A DNA stretch of 64,000 bases from Patescibacteria group bacterium (GTDB taxonomy: Bacteria; Patescibacteriota; Microgenomatia; JAMCZE01), in NCBI GenBank assembly GCA_023380635.1, contig JAMCRP010000001.1, positions 109,305 to 173,304 of the forward strand, in the 5' to 3' direction. The notes below the pieces were generated by a model. It was not told the DNA's origin. It did not search any database and saw only the letters and a program-made list of their open reading frames with translations. How positions within the stretch are numbered: position 1 is the stretch's first letter; each line of letters opens with the position of its first letter. The translations under genes were made by a program, and so were the position numbers. This document shows positions 38,674 through 47,978 of the stretch, one piece after another.

Positions 38674-39965
38674 TGCGTCTTATAGATAATTGCCCCGGTT
38701 AATTGATTCTCATAAATTTTAGTTCCCCGGTTCCCCTTATGGCTCTCGTTTCTCCCATATATTAAAGTGTAATCAGTCTTCTCCCCTTTATACCATGTTT
38801 CATCTACGAACGGAAAATCAACATAATATAGATTATGAAATCCTTTAACTAAAACCAGGTCGGAGCTCTTGATGTTTTCGGCAAACCACCCGTCGCAATC
38901 CACAAATACCGCCGTGGAAAAATCCAAGTTCTTGCAGAGATACTCCGTTCTGGTTTCTTTGCCGGTCAGATAGGGGATTATTTTTACATTTGCTGCCGAT
39001 CGATAAGCAATGCTAAAAACCACAAAGACTCCGGCCAGGGCAACCAACCATCTTTTTTTACTAATCATCTGAGTTGCCAGAACGGCATAGACTGGTAAGT
39101 ATGGCAGCAAATACCTGCCGCCGCCCCCCTGCGGCGTTACCAGCCAAAAAAGAAAAGTTGCCAGAGTATATGCCCAAAGGAAAAAGTTTGTCCGGTTTAA
39201 AAACGCCAGAAAGAATAAAGGATTTAACTTATTTTCGGTGAATAATCCAGACAAACTTGAATGCTCATTAGTATTTAAAATGCCCGCCCCCAGGGGATAA
39301 AAAGGATAACCGGTTTTTTGCCAAGCCCAGATAAACCACGGCCCGCCGAGAAAAACGGCCGGCAACAAAAAAGAAAAATTAAAACCGCTTAAAACAAACA
39401 GGATCGCCAGACTCCCAATGGCTAAAGTTTTGGTTCCGATGGCTAAACCTGCTGCGGTCCCGGCCATAACAAATTTTTTCTCCAACAACCAGTAAACCAC
39501 GAGGGCTTCAAAAAACGTCCGGATTAGATCGACATAGGCACTCCCCGACAACCAGCCCAAAAGGGGAGTGGCATAAAAAATTACCGCCGCCAGTAAACTA
39601 AATTTTTGATCCAGGTATTTGCGGGCAATTTTATAAGTGACAAAGGCGGCTCCAATACCGGCCAGCCAACTGATTAGATGTGCTCCCAAATCCCCCGCCT
39701 CCCCCATCACCCGCATTGCTCCCAAAAACAAAAATTCTCCCAACCGGGGCATGGCCGAATAATAAAGCAGTCCGCCGGGAATAAAGTCAATTCTTCCCCA
39801 CATTAAATAGAGTTTGGGAATTGTCAGGTGATACCACAAGGCGTCGAACCCCAGCTCCGGTCCTAACGCCCCAACCAAATTAACGAGCGCCGCAAAAATA
39901 AGAATCGCAGACAACATGAAGCCTCCGTTAATCCGCTTTAAATTCGTGAGAATCTTGGTCCTCAT
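38670..39965 (-). CDS. GT-C fold membrane glycosyltransferase candidate (PMT/ArnT-like)
   Basis: Polytopic membrane protein; N-terminal region with conserved acidic loop (GFDALWYH) typical of GT39/GT83-like enzymes. Confidence 0.45.
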   Translation of the reverse strand: MRTKILTNLKRINGGFMLSAILIFAALVNLVGALGPELGFDALWYHLTIPKLYLMWGRIDFIPGGLLYYSAMPRLGEFLFLGAMRVMGEAGDLGAHLISWLAGIGAAFVTYKIARKYLDQKFSLLAAVIFYATPLLGWLSGSAYVDLIRTFFEALVVYWLLEKKFVMAGTAAGLAIGTKTLAIGSLAILFVLSGFNFSFLLPAVFLGGPWFIWAWQKTGYPFYPLGAGILNTNEHSSLSGLFTENKLNPLFFLAFLNRTNFFLWAYTLATFLFWLVTPQGGGGRYLLPYLPVYAVLATQMISKKRWLVALAGVFVVFSIAYRSAANVKIIPYLTGKETRTEYLCKNLDFSTAVFVDCDGWFAENIKSSDLVLVKGFHNLYYVDFPFVDETWYKGEKTDYTLIYGRNESHKGNRGTKIYENQLTGAIIYKTQ

Positions 39966-40566
39966 ATTGTTTCACCCGGACAACCAGCGATTGAAAACTC
40001 ATCATAAAAGCATGAACAAAACCCGCTGCTCCGTCCAAAAATCCCAGTCGCCAAAGATAATTTTGAAAAAACTTTGCTGCCGGGTTGGTCACTACCCGCC
40101 AATAGCTAAAAGTTTTTCCTTCCCGAACCAGTTCTCTCGCGTCAATGTCAGTGTAGTAATTAATTTTAGAAATAAAGTCGGCAATTGTCGTATGCGGATC
40201 ATGGAGTAAGTAGTTCTTTAGCGTCGCCGCGTTTTTAATATCCCAATATTCATGGACGCTTCGTTTCCATTGTCCGGCGTCTTTTTTTCCCAGCCGAAGA
40301 AGTTTAATATTTCCGGTTTCTCCATGCCTGAGCCACTTTCCCAGGAAGAAATCTTTTCTTCGAATATAGTATCCGTAGTATTTATTATCAAGCCGCGAGA
40401 TCTCCTCTTCCAGCTCCGCAGTCACTTCCTCGTCCGAATCCACAAACAGCACCCAGTCCGCTTCCGCTTTTTCCAAAAGAATGTTTCTTTCCGCGGCAAA
40501 ATCCGTAATCGGACCGTTTTTTTTGAGAGTAACTTTAGAGAATTTCATAAACGGAATCTTTATCAA
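39928..40566 (-). CDS. Family 2 glycosyltransferase paralog, apparently N-terminally truncated (possible pseudogene or remnant)
   Basis: Aligns by eye to the C-terminal two-thirds of the 43915-44670 GT2 (DWILKLDSDE vs DWVLFVDSDEE) but lacks the VVIPTxN N-terminal region. Confidence 0.5.
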   Translation of the reverse strand: MIKIPFMKFSKVTLKKNGPITDFAAERNILLEKAEADWVLFVDSDEEVTAELEEEISRLDNKYYGYYIRRKDFFLGKWLRHGETGNIKLLRLGKKDAGQWKRSVHEYWDIKNAATLKNYLLHDPHTTIADFISKINYYTDIDARELVREGKTFSYWRVVTNPAAKFFQNYLWRLGFLDGAAGFVHAFMMSFQSLVVRVKQYEDQDSHEFKAD

Positions 40567-42169
40567 ATCCGGCGACCTTTTTTAAACCAATTTTCCAGGA
40601 GTTGGGCGCCACCACTAATTTTATCCCCTTCCCCTTCAAAAAACTAATCGTTTCGGCGGAAGGAAAATCTTTTTGTAGCCATTTAACGCTTTCTTCCCAT
40701 TCCTTCGGAGAAAAGCCGGAATAGCCGTTATACATCGGGTGCCAATGAATTGTAGAATAATATTCCCGCAGAGTTTCCGTTTCTACGCCCGGCTGGTCCC
40801 ACCAGCCGTAAATGGGAAACTGAACAATTGGGGCTCCGGGGAAATTATCTTTTAGCCAACTCTGCTCCGGCGGAAAGTTCTTAACGGAAGGGACCTGGAC
40901 ATATTTTAAGGGCCAACTTATTTCCAGGAGAATGCCTATGGTCCCCAAAACGCACACAGCCCATTTTGTTTTCTCTTTTAGCCTGCCAACCCATAGGCCA
41001 ATAACCATCGCAAATGCAAAGGCCATCAAAATTATCCACCGGGAGGGAGTTCTGATTCCTGCAAAACCGGGAACCAGGTAATAAAAAACCAGATAAGGCA
41101 AGGGAATTGCCGGAATCGGGCCAACATGAATTGTATTTCGAAAAACATGAAGACCCGGTCCCAGCGCTAAAATGAAAGAGCTCGCCGCTAAAATGACAAA
41201 CGTTTTTGTGTATTTTTGTTTCCACATTTTTCTCACCCCGATCATGGCTGCCACTGTCAATAGCATAAACACGCCGCCCAGGTATCCGGGTGTCAGATTG
41301 TCTTTAATGCCTATGTATTGACTTAGCCGGCTCACAGTCCCGATATTTAGCAGGTCCGGAACCTGGAAAGAAAAATTAATCGCGTCAGTAATCGGCCGCT
41401 GGTAGTGAAATTGCCTTGATACTAAATAGTAAGGCAGCAAAAATGGCGCCGTTATTAAAATTGCCAATAACAAAAACCCGGCTAATCTTAATTTATCCTT
41501 AAACCCGCTAATTCCCCAAATTCCCCAGATTACCCCTATCGCCAGCAAAAAATAGAAAAACATGACGGTCGTCAGTGCCGCGGCCAAAAACATCAAAATA
41601 AACAAGCGGTATCTTTTCTGAAGCATGAATAAGGTCGCCAGAACAACCGGCCAAAAATTAAACAACTGCAAATGCGGCATATAATTTAGATGGATTATGG
41701 AGAAGGAAAAGAGAACTCCAATCAGAAAGGCCACCGGCTTATTTTTTGTTAGATAGTCCAACAATAAATACAGAGAAAAACCCGTCAAAGCAAAACCAAG
41801 AAGAAAATTAATGTTGTAAGCTAAAAGCGGTTCGCCGAAAATTTTGACAAACGGCAGGGCAATCAAGGCTTCGGGGAAGAGCAAATCAGAAAAAGCAAGA
41901 GTATTAATATAGGGATAAAAAATATTAGTGTTGTAACTAAAACTACGAACGTTCCAGTTCAGAATCCAAGTAATCAAAAGTCCGTCAATACGGTCAATAA
42001 TGTTAATATTCATGTGCAAAATGAGCGGCCAGGTAACCCAAATTGTCAGCAACGAAAAGAGTCCAAGAACCAGTAAGTTCTTTCGCATTTGATTAGTTAT
42101 CGTACTTCCCTGGCTACTCTGATAGCCATAAACCCGAGGGCCAGCGGCCAAAAAATAGGGGCCACCCAT
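40535..42169 (-). CDS. Large polytopic membrane protein, YfhO-like / GT-C candidate
   Basis: About 14 predicted TM helices; WPLILHMN...DGLLITWILNW N-terminal motif; sits in the glycosylation cluster. Confidence 0.45.
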   Translation of the reverse strand: MGGPYFLAAGPRVYGYQSSQGSTITNQMRKNLLVLGLFSLLTIWVTWPLILHMNINIIDRIDGLLITWILNWNVRSFSYNTNIFYPYINTLAFSDLLFPEALIALPFVKIFGEPLLAYNINFLLGFALTGFSLYLLLDYLTKNKPVAFLIGVLFSFSIIHLNYMPHLQLFNFWPVVLATLFMLQKRYRLFILMFLAAALTTVMFFYFLLAIGVIWGIWGISGFKDKLRLAGFLLLAILITAPFLLPYYLVSRQFHYQRPITDAINFSFQVPDLLNIGTVSRLSQYIGIKDNLTPGYLGGVFMLLTVAAMIGVRKMWKQKYTKTFVILAASSFILALGPGLHVFRNTIHVGPIPAIPLPYLVFYYLVPGFAGIRTPSRWIILMAFAFAMVIGLWVGRLKEKTKWAVCVLGTIGILLEISWPLKYVQVPSVKNFPPEQSWLKDNFPGAPIVQFPIYGWWDQPGVETETLREYYSTIHWHPMYNGYSGFSPKEWEESVKWLQKDFPSAETISFLKGKGIKLVVAPNSWKIGLKKVAGFDKDSVYEIL

Positions 42170-42804
42170 TTACGGATAAACAGAAAATTACTCTTTAGAT
42201 TTTGCCGTATTTTAAACTGATCACGAGTAAACCGGTGTTCCGAAATGTTATGCTCTACTATTATATTAGGATCTACAGCTACTTTAAGACCTGCCGCTTT
42301 CGCCCGTAAACAAAAGTCCGCGTCTTCGAAATAAAGAAAAAAGCGCTCGTCAAAAAATCCGATCTTTTCAAAAACCCCTTTTTTCACCACCATGCATGCC
42401 CCCGATACATATTCGATATTTTTTTTCAAACCCCTCACTTCCCCCATATCCCCAACTTCTGTGTGGGTAGTTCTTCCCAAAACCCAATTCACTTTTCCTC
42501 CCATGTCATAAACCCATTTCCCTTTGCGCCTAAACCTCAACACTGGGCTGACAATATCCGAATCCGCGTCAATCCGCTCCAAATCCGCGGAAATCTTAAC
42601 GTCAGGATTCACTAGGAGTACTCTCTCTGCTCCCCGCTTCAGCGCCACCTTTATCCCCTTGTTTACCCCTCCCGCAAATCCAATGTTGTCCTCAGTATTA
42701 TCTACAACCACCACCCCCAAATCCCCCACAGCCCTCAACTCCCCCGCCAGTTTCCTGACTTTCTCATGGCTCTTGAAATCAACGATGACGGCGATGGTTT
42801 TCAT
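42097..42804 (-). CDS. Family 2 glycosyltransferase
   Basis: GT-A fold: VVVVDNTEDN, DxD-like NPDVKISAD; 235 aa. Confidence 0.7.
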   Translation of the reverse strand: MKTIAVIVDFKSHEKVRKLAGELRAVGDLGVVVVDNTEDNIGFAGGVNKGIKVALKRGAERVLLVNPDVKISADLERIDADSDIVSPVLRFRRKGKWVYDMGGKVNWVLGRTTHTEVGDMGEVRGLKKNIEYVSGACMVVKKGVFEKIGFFDERFFLYFEDADFCLRAKAAGLKVAVDPNIIVEHNISEHRFTRDQFKIRQNLKSNFLFIRKWVAPIFWPLALGFMAIRVAREVR

Positions 42805-43918
42805 GCAAAACTTCTTTAAATACCTTTAAGATTCCGGCGGAATATTTTTTGACATCATAATTTTTTCTGGCGAAATTCAGGGATTTCTTACCTAAAATTC
42901 TCCTTTGCTGTTTGTTCTTAATCAGTCTTTCCAAAACCTCTTCAAATTGCTTGCGGTTCTCTACCAAAATCCCCCCTTCGCCAACTACCTCTCCCACACT
43001 ACCCTTGTTCAAAGCCACGACCGGCAAGCCGCAAGCCATGGCCTCTGTTAAAACAAACCCAAACTGTTCTAGCCAGGTTTTGGACCCGACGGGATAATGA
43101 ATGTAAATATCCGCTGAATTATAAATTTTGGGCATGTCTTCAAACTTCACTTTCTCTAGATGTGTTATCCCGGGAACATTAAGAAGACTCTCTAACGGCC
43201 CGCTGCCAACGACAGTAAATTCCAAAGCGGGAAACTCCTTGTGAAGCTTTTTGAAAGCGGCCACCATTTCTCTGATCCCCTTTTCTGGCACCAACCTACC
43301 TACCGTTAGCAGTCTTATTGGCTTCTTGCCTAATTCATGATTCATAATTCTTGATTCAACCTGCGGTCTAAAAATGCTCAAATCCACTCCCGGATTTAGT
43401 CTGACAATTTTTTTCGGATCCGCCCCCTCTTCAATTAACACATCTCTGGCCCGGTCAGTAACTGCAATAAACCGGTCCGTATTTTTAATCACATATTGTT
43501 TCAATCTTCGTCGCCCCCAGATTCCTTCATTATTAAAAGGAATATTCTCAAAAACTAATGAAATAACCTTTTTGACATAACCTAGATTCTTCGCCTTTAT
43601 ACACTGGTAGGAATAAAAGTAATAAGTCTCCGCACAAAATGCTATATCAAGATTTTTAAGCTTATTCTCTAGACCAAAAAGAACATGCGCATCTACAAAA
43701 ATTCTATTTAGAACAGCCATTTTCCCCCTATCTATGCGACCAAAGTTTAAATCAACAGGACACGGTAACTTAACAAAATCCATAAAAGATAAACTAGACA
43801 AGTCTGAAACTGGCATTAGTCCAGTAACCAGCTCTAACCTATTTCCCTTTTGCAGGTAGCGCATTCCTCCTAATTCAAAAGGGGAAGCAAAATCCCCTCG
43901 CACAATTGCAACTTTCAT
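42779..43918 (-). CDS. Family 4 (GT-B) glycosyltransferase
   Basis: C-terminal GT1/GT4 motifs RLVPEKGI, EAMACGLPVVA, E..G; 379 aa. Confidence 0.8.
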   Translation of the reverse strand: MKVAIVRGDFASPFELGGMRYLQKGNRLELVTGLMPVSDLSSLSFMDFVKLPCPVDLNFGRIDRGKMAVLNRIFVDAHVLFGLENKLKNLDIAFCAETYYFYSYQCIKAKNLGYVKKVISLVFENIPFNNEGIWGRRRLKQYVIKNTDRFIAVTDRARDVLIEEGADPKKIVRLNPGVDLSIFRPQVESRIMNHELGKKPIRLLTVGRLVPEKGIREMVAAFKKLHKEFPALEFTVVGSGPLESLLNVPGITHLEKVKFEDMPKIYNSADIYIHYPVGSKTWLEQFGFVLTEAMACGLPVVALNKGSVGEVVGEGGILVENRKQFEEVLERLIKNKQQRRILGKKSLNFARKNYDVKKYSAGILKVFKEVLHENHRRHR

Positions 43919-44670
43919 AGATTTTGAAGCTCCCAGACTTTTATTTTTTCAACCAAATTATAAATCGCAAACAAAAAGCACACAATTATTCCAAAGTAAC
44001 CATCTAAAAAACCTTCTTGCAAAAAGAAAAGTTTAAAAAAGGTCTTTAGAGGTGAAAGTAAAACGTCTGTAATAGATACCTTATAGGGATAGAATTTAGC
44101 ATCTAGATCAGTATATTTGTTCGTCTTTTCTATGAATTCACCTATCGAAGTATAATTATAGTGATTATATGCACTACTCAAAAATCCAACTTCGCCACGA
44201 ACAAAAATCTGCTGGTGATATTTAAATGGGTCATAATGCCATTTCCCAGCACGTACAAGTCTTAGCTCATGAGAATCAGCCTTAACAAAACCATGAGAAA
44301 TTTGATGGCCAAACATGAAAATCTTATTCTTCAAATTAAAACCAGCATAATTACTTGTGTCTGCAAACAGCAGTTTTTTAATCTCACTTTGTAATCTCCG
44401 GGAAAGTACTTCATCCGAATCTAATTTTAGAATCCAATCTCCACTCGCTTTTTGCATACCAAATTTTCTATTTTTATCAAAGTTGCCATCTCTAGGAACT
44501 CTTTCGTAAACAATGGCATGAAACTTTTTCGCAATTCGAATTGTGTTATCCGTGGAACCCATATCCACGACAATTATTTCATCGGCCCACCTAATACTTG
44601 AAAGGCAATCTTCGAGTTTCGAACCACAGTTCAGTGTTGGAATTACAACTGATAGACGCAATTTTCTCAT
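43915..44670 (-). CDS. Family 2 glycosyltransferase (full length)
   Basis: LSVVIPTLNCG, VVDMGSTDNT, DSDE DxD motif; AT-rich codon usage; 251 aa. Confidence 0.8.
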   Translation of the reverse strand: MRKLRLSVVIPTLNCGSKLEDCLSSIRWADEIIVVDMGSTDNTIRIAKKFHAIVYERVPRDGNFDKNRKFGMQKASGDWILKLDSDEVLSRRLQSEIKKLLFADTSNYAGFNLKNKIFMFGHQISHGFVKADSHELRLVRAGKWHYDPFKYHQQIFVRGEVGFLSSAYNHYNYTSIGEFIEKTNKYTDLDAKFYPYKVSITDVLLSPLKTFFKLFFLQEGFLDGYFGIIVCFLFAIYNLVEKIKVWELQNL

Positions 44671-44685
44671 TAAACAATTTACATA

Positions 44686-44714
44686 TTGACAAACATAAAT
44701 AACAATTTTACGAT
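44686..44714 (+). promoter_or_regulatory. Sigma70-like promoter TTGACA-17nt-TACGAT for the BNR/lipase gene; -10 ends 7 nt before the TTG start (leaderless-type)
   Basis: TTGACA 44686-44691; TACGAT 44709-44714; start codon at 44722. Confidence 0.45.
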
Positions 44715-44721
44715 TAGTTAA

Positions 44722-47460
44722 TTGAAAAGATTATACCTTTTTATCTTTTCGTTTATCTTCCTTACCTCAATACTATTAACGCTCCCGCCGAGTGCATTAG
44801 CTATCACCCTTCAATGGAAATCAGTTTATAGTTCTACAGACGAAAGTACAGAAATTAAGTTTTCGGATCAGAACACAAATAAGGTATTTAGTTCAATAAG
44901 GAAACATAACCCAAGCAGTTACGATATATTAAAATCCGTTAACGGTGGATTAAATTGGTCAAGTGTTAAAAATAACCTCCCTTCGGGGCAAGATATCAAT
45001 TGGATTGCCATTAAACATTCTGATGATGATGTCATCGCAATTAGTTTATGGGGATCAGGAATACATTTAACCGAGAATGGTGGCAATTCGTGGACAAAAA
45101 TATACGACGCGTCTTCTCCCAGAGCAACTGGCATAGATCCAATATCTTCAAATCGCATTTTCGTAGGAATTAGTGATAACGCGCCAGGTTTGTATAGAAC
45201 ATTAAATAAAGGCGCCTCCTGGACTAATTCAAACCTCGGCAATGCAAACAGTGTCGATATTATTACTGATCCAAACAACCAGAATCGCATATTTGCCAGC
45301 GTTGGGAATACATTATATCGTTCACTCGATGGAGGAGATAATTGGTTAGCATTGCCACTAAACGGTGGGTTTACTGGTGGCCTAATTGATAAACTTGTAT
45401 CAGACAGAATTTATATTTCAACGGATAATGGTTTTTATAAATCTAACGACGGAGGAAACTCTTGGTCAAAAAAGACTGTAACTACTGGTTCACAATTTAT
45501 TTTCAGAGTTGCTCAAGATCAAAATGGATATTTATATGCATCTGTTAGAGAGGCTCCCTATAGTGTTTGGAGAAGCAAAGATTTTGGGGAAACTTGGGAA
45601 AATGTTGGCGATCCGGCTTGGGGGTCGAGAAACACTTGGGGGCTGGACGCCGCCGGGCAAAGAGTGATTGTCAGTGTTGAAGGCTTGGGCATCTATTACG
45701 CCGACACCGTTCCCAGCGAGTCGGATCCTGTCGTTTTTATCCCAGGTTTTGGAGGATCGTGGTCCTACAAAGGAATCGTGGAGAACCAGCCGACGACATA
45801 TGCTGATTGGCAGTTAATGCCGGTGTTCACGGATTCGTATTATCAGCCGCTCCTTTCCACTTTGAAAAATGCCGGGCTAACCAACTCGGGCGCAAACCAA
45901 AATCTGTTCACATTTTCCTATGATTTTCGCAAAACCATTACGGATAACGCGGCCAGCTTGAATACTTTTCTCGCCAATGAAGTTCAGCCAAAAAATCCGG
46001 GCAAGAAAGTCAATGTTATCGCTCACAGTATGGGAAGCCTAGTCGTGCGAGATTGCTATGAAAAAGACACCGGCTGTTCAGACAAAATCGGGAAAATTGT
46101 GACGGCAGGCGGGCCGCACCTGGGCACCATCAAAGCCTACCAACTTTGGGAAGGCGGCCAGGCAGATGTTGATCTGGGAACAAAAATAGCCATGGAGCTG
46201 GTGCTGCATACTACCGGCCTGCCTTATCTTTCTGATAAAGACATTATTCAAAACAAAATGCCCGGCGTCCGGGATCTTCTGCCGGTTTTTGATTACATTT
46301 CCGGAAAACCCTATTCTTCACTAAGCTCCGTGGCCAGAAATCCCAATTTGGAAGCCCTCTTTCCGCTCTCGACCAATTTTAAAAACAGCCTGACACCGCT
46401 TTCTGGCAATAACCAACAAACCCCGTCAGGCTTTACAACTGCGTCTAGAAATGCCCTGGATATTGCTTTAAATCTCTGGCCCGACGGCAAGCCTGCAAGC
46501 TATACAAATGCAGTCGGCGATGGAACAATCCTTAAAACCAGTTCCGAAATTGCCGGCTTGGCCGCCAATAAATATTACGACTTGAGTCATAATGATTATT
46601 TTCAAAACACCGCTCCTCTAACAGATATTCTTCATGCTTTTGATCTGACCGGAAGTATTGCCACAACCGTAACTGAACCCACATCATATCTTTCTTTTAT
46701 TATCCATTCCCCCGCCACAATTGAAATTAAGAATAAAGACGGGAGTCCGGTGGGGAAAAACCTTGACGGAAAAGCAGTTTTTATCGCGGATCCAGTAGCA
46801 CAAAGCTACCAGGTGATTATTAGTGGTACCGGCAATGGCAATTTTCAGCTGGATGCTTTCTATATCAATAACACCCAAACAATTAAACGAACATTCAGCG
46901 GAAGCATAACTTCGGGTGCAACAAAAACCACAGTGTTTAATTTTTCTTCTGACCCCGGGCAAAGTTTTTCTGAAACCAATGGAGCGGTTACCTTAACTTC
47001 GTTCCGCCAAAAAGTCGCTGCTACCAACTTGCGAAACCTAAAGATTATTGAAGCCACTGTAGTGGCCGCAGTCAACGATATTCAAAACAACCGCAACCGG
47101 AAGGCAGCCTTTACCCGGCTGGAAAAAGCTAATCTGGACACTATCGGGTTATTAGCGACGGACAACAATGGTGTTAATCGCCAAAATCTGCGGGAACTTT
47201 CGGAGCAATTGATTTTTGTTACTAACGCTCTTAACCAACAATACCGCTTAAACCCCCCAGGCCCCACAACCAACTCAGAAATTTCTCGAAGCCAAAGTTC
47301 AGTTAACCGGAAACTGGCCAAAAGCAAATTGACCAACCGCGAGGCCAGTAATCTTTTGCTTTCGCAAAGCCTTCTGGCCGACTCTAACGCCTTAAAAAAT
47401 TCCGGAAAAAACTATCTGGCTATCCTCTTCGCCCGCGGAGCCAATCTTCTGTCAAACTAA
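44722..47460 (+). CDS. Large secreted multidomain protein: BNR/Asp-box beta-propeller + class-2 lipase-like alpha/beta hydrolase + C-terminal beta-sandwich and helical region
   Basis: Signal peptide; at least six SxDxGxTW-type Asp-box repeats in the first ~320 aa; PVVFIPGFGGS...VNVIAHSMGSLV...VTAGGPHLG resembles the Bacillus LipA core; GC content rises sharply inside the gene near 45590. Confidence 0.75.
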   Translation: MKRLYLFIFSFIFLTSILLTLPPSALAITLQWKSVYSSTDESTEIKFSDQNTNKVFSSIRKHNPSSYDILKSVNGGLNWSSVKNNLPSGQDINWIAIKHSDDDVIAISLWGSGIHLTENGGNSWTKIYDASSPRATGIDPISSNRIFVGISDNAPGLYRTLNKGASWTNSNLGNANSVDIITDPNNQNRIFASVGNTLYRSLDGGDNWLALPLNGGFTGGLIDKLVSDRIYISTDNGFYKSNDGGNSWSKKTVTTGSQFIFRVAQDQNGYLYASVREAPYSVWRSKDFGETWENVGDPAWGSRNTWGLDAAGQRVIVSVEGLGIYYADTVPSESDPVVFIPGFGGSWSYKGIVENQPTTYADWQLMPVFTDSYYQPLLSTLKNAGLTNSGANQNLFTFSYDFRKTITDNAASLNTFLANEVQPKNPGKKVNVIAHSMGSLVVRDCYEKDTGCSDKIGKIVTAGGPHLGTIKAYQLWEGGQADVDLGTKIAMELVLHTTGLPYLSDKDIIQNKMPGVRDLLPVFDYISGKPYSSLSSVARNPNLEALFPLSTNFKNSLTPLSGNNQQTPSGFTTASRNALDIALNLWPDGKPASYTNAVGDGTILKTSSEIAGLAANKYYDLSHNDYFQNTAPLTDILHAFDLTGSIATTVTEPTSYLSFIIHSPATIEIKNKDGSPVGKNLDGKAVFIADPVAQSYQVIISGTGNGNFQLDAFYINNTQTIKRTFSGSITSGATKTTVFNFSSDPGQSFSETNGAVTLTSFRQKVAATNLRNLKIIEATVVAAVNDIQNNRNRKAAFTRLEKANLDTIGLLATDNNGVNRQNLRELSEQLIFVTNALNQQYRLNPPGPTTNSEISRSQSSVNRKLAKSKLTNREASNLLLSQSLLADSNALKNSGKNYLAILFARGANLLSN

Positions 47461-47822
47461 TAGCGGATTGTTCTTTTAGGAAAATATCCTTTTCTAACAT
47501 TTGGAATCTTCGAGGATTCCCGATCTTTAATTCTTTTGGGATAAACAAGTTTGACTTCGTGTCTGCCCTTGGGATTGAATTTATAGCCTTCGACTGGTTC
47601 CTGGCTTCCGTCATCCCTGAGATGATAAATCGTCCCCGCGACTCCATCCTTCCTAAGTTCCAGCAGTTGTTGGCCCCAGAAAGGCAAAAGCTGGGAAATT
47701 GTTTCATTGGAAGTAACATATAGTCTGATAGTGGAGCGATCACTATAAAAAGTGATATCCCCAGAAAAAAGAGTATTGACTAGCTTTCCGTCAAGGCCAA
47801 CAATGGTTGCTTCAGGACACAT
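47457..47822 (-). CDS. Hypothetical protein (121 aa)
   Basis: Intact ORF; no motif recognised. Confidence 0.35.
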   Translation of the reverse strand: MCPEATIVGLDGKLVNTLFSGDITFYSDRSTIRLYVTSNETISQLLPFWGQQLLELRKDGVAGTIYHLRDDGSQEPVEGYKFNPKGRHEVKLVYPKRIKDRESSKIPNVRKGYFPKRTIRY

Positions 47823-47978
47823 GACAGAATCTTAACACGCCTTTTTGCCTCTGTGAAGGCCCAAAGTGAAACCTGATATAATAACAAGATAAAGGACTCG
47901 TAGTTCACCAGCAGAACGCTCGATTCACATTCGAGAGGCAGGAGGGGCGGCACCTCCCGGGTCCACCAAATAAATCTA

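Noticed and set aside
47890-47970. Whether the lepB upstream hairpins represent SRP RNA, RNase P RNA or tmRNA
   Set aside because: The conserved SRP domain IV (GGAAGCAGCC-like), RNase P P4 (AGGAAAGUCC) and tmRNA tRNA-like motifs are absent. Kept only as an unclassified structured leader.
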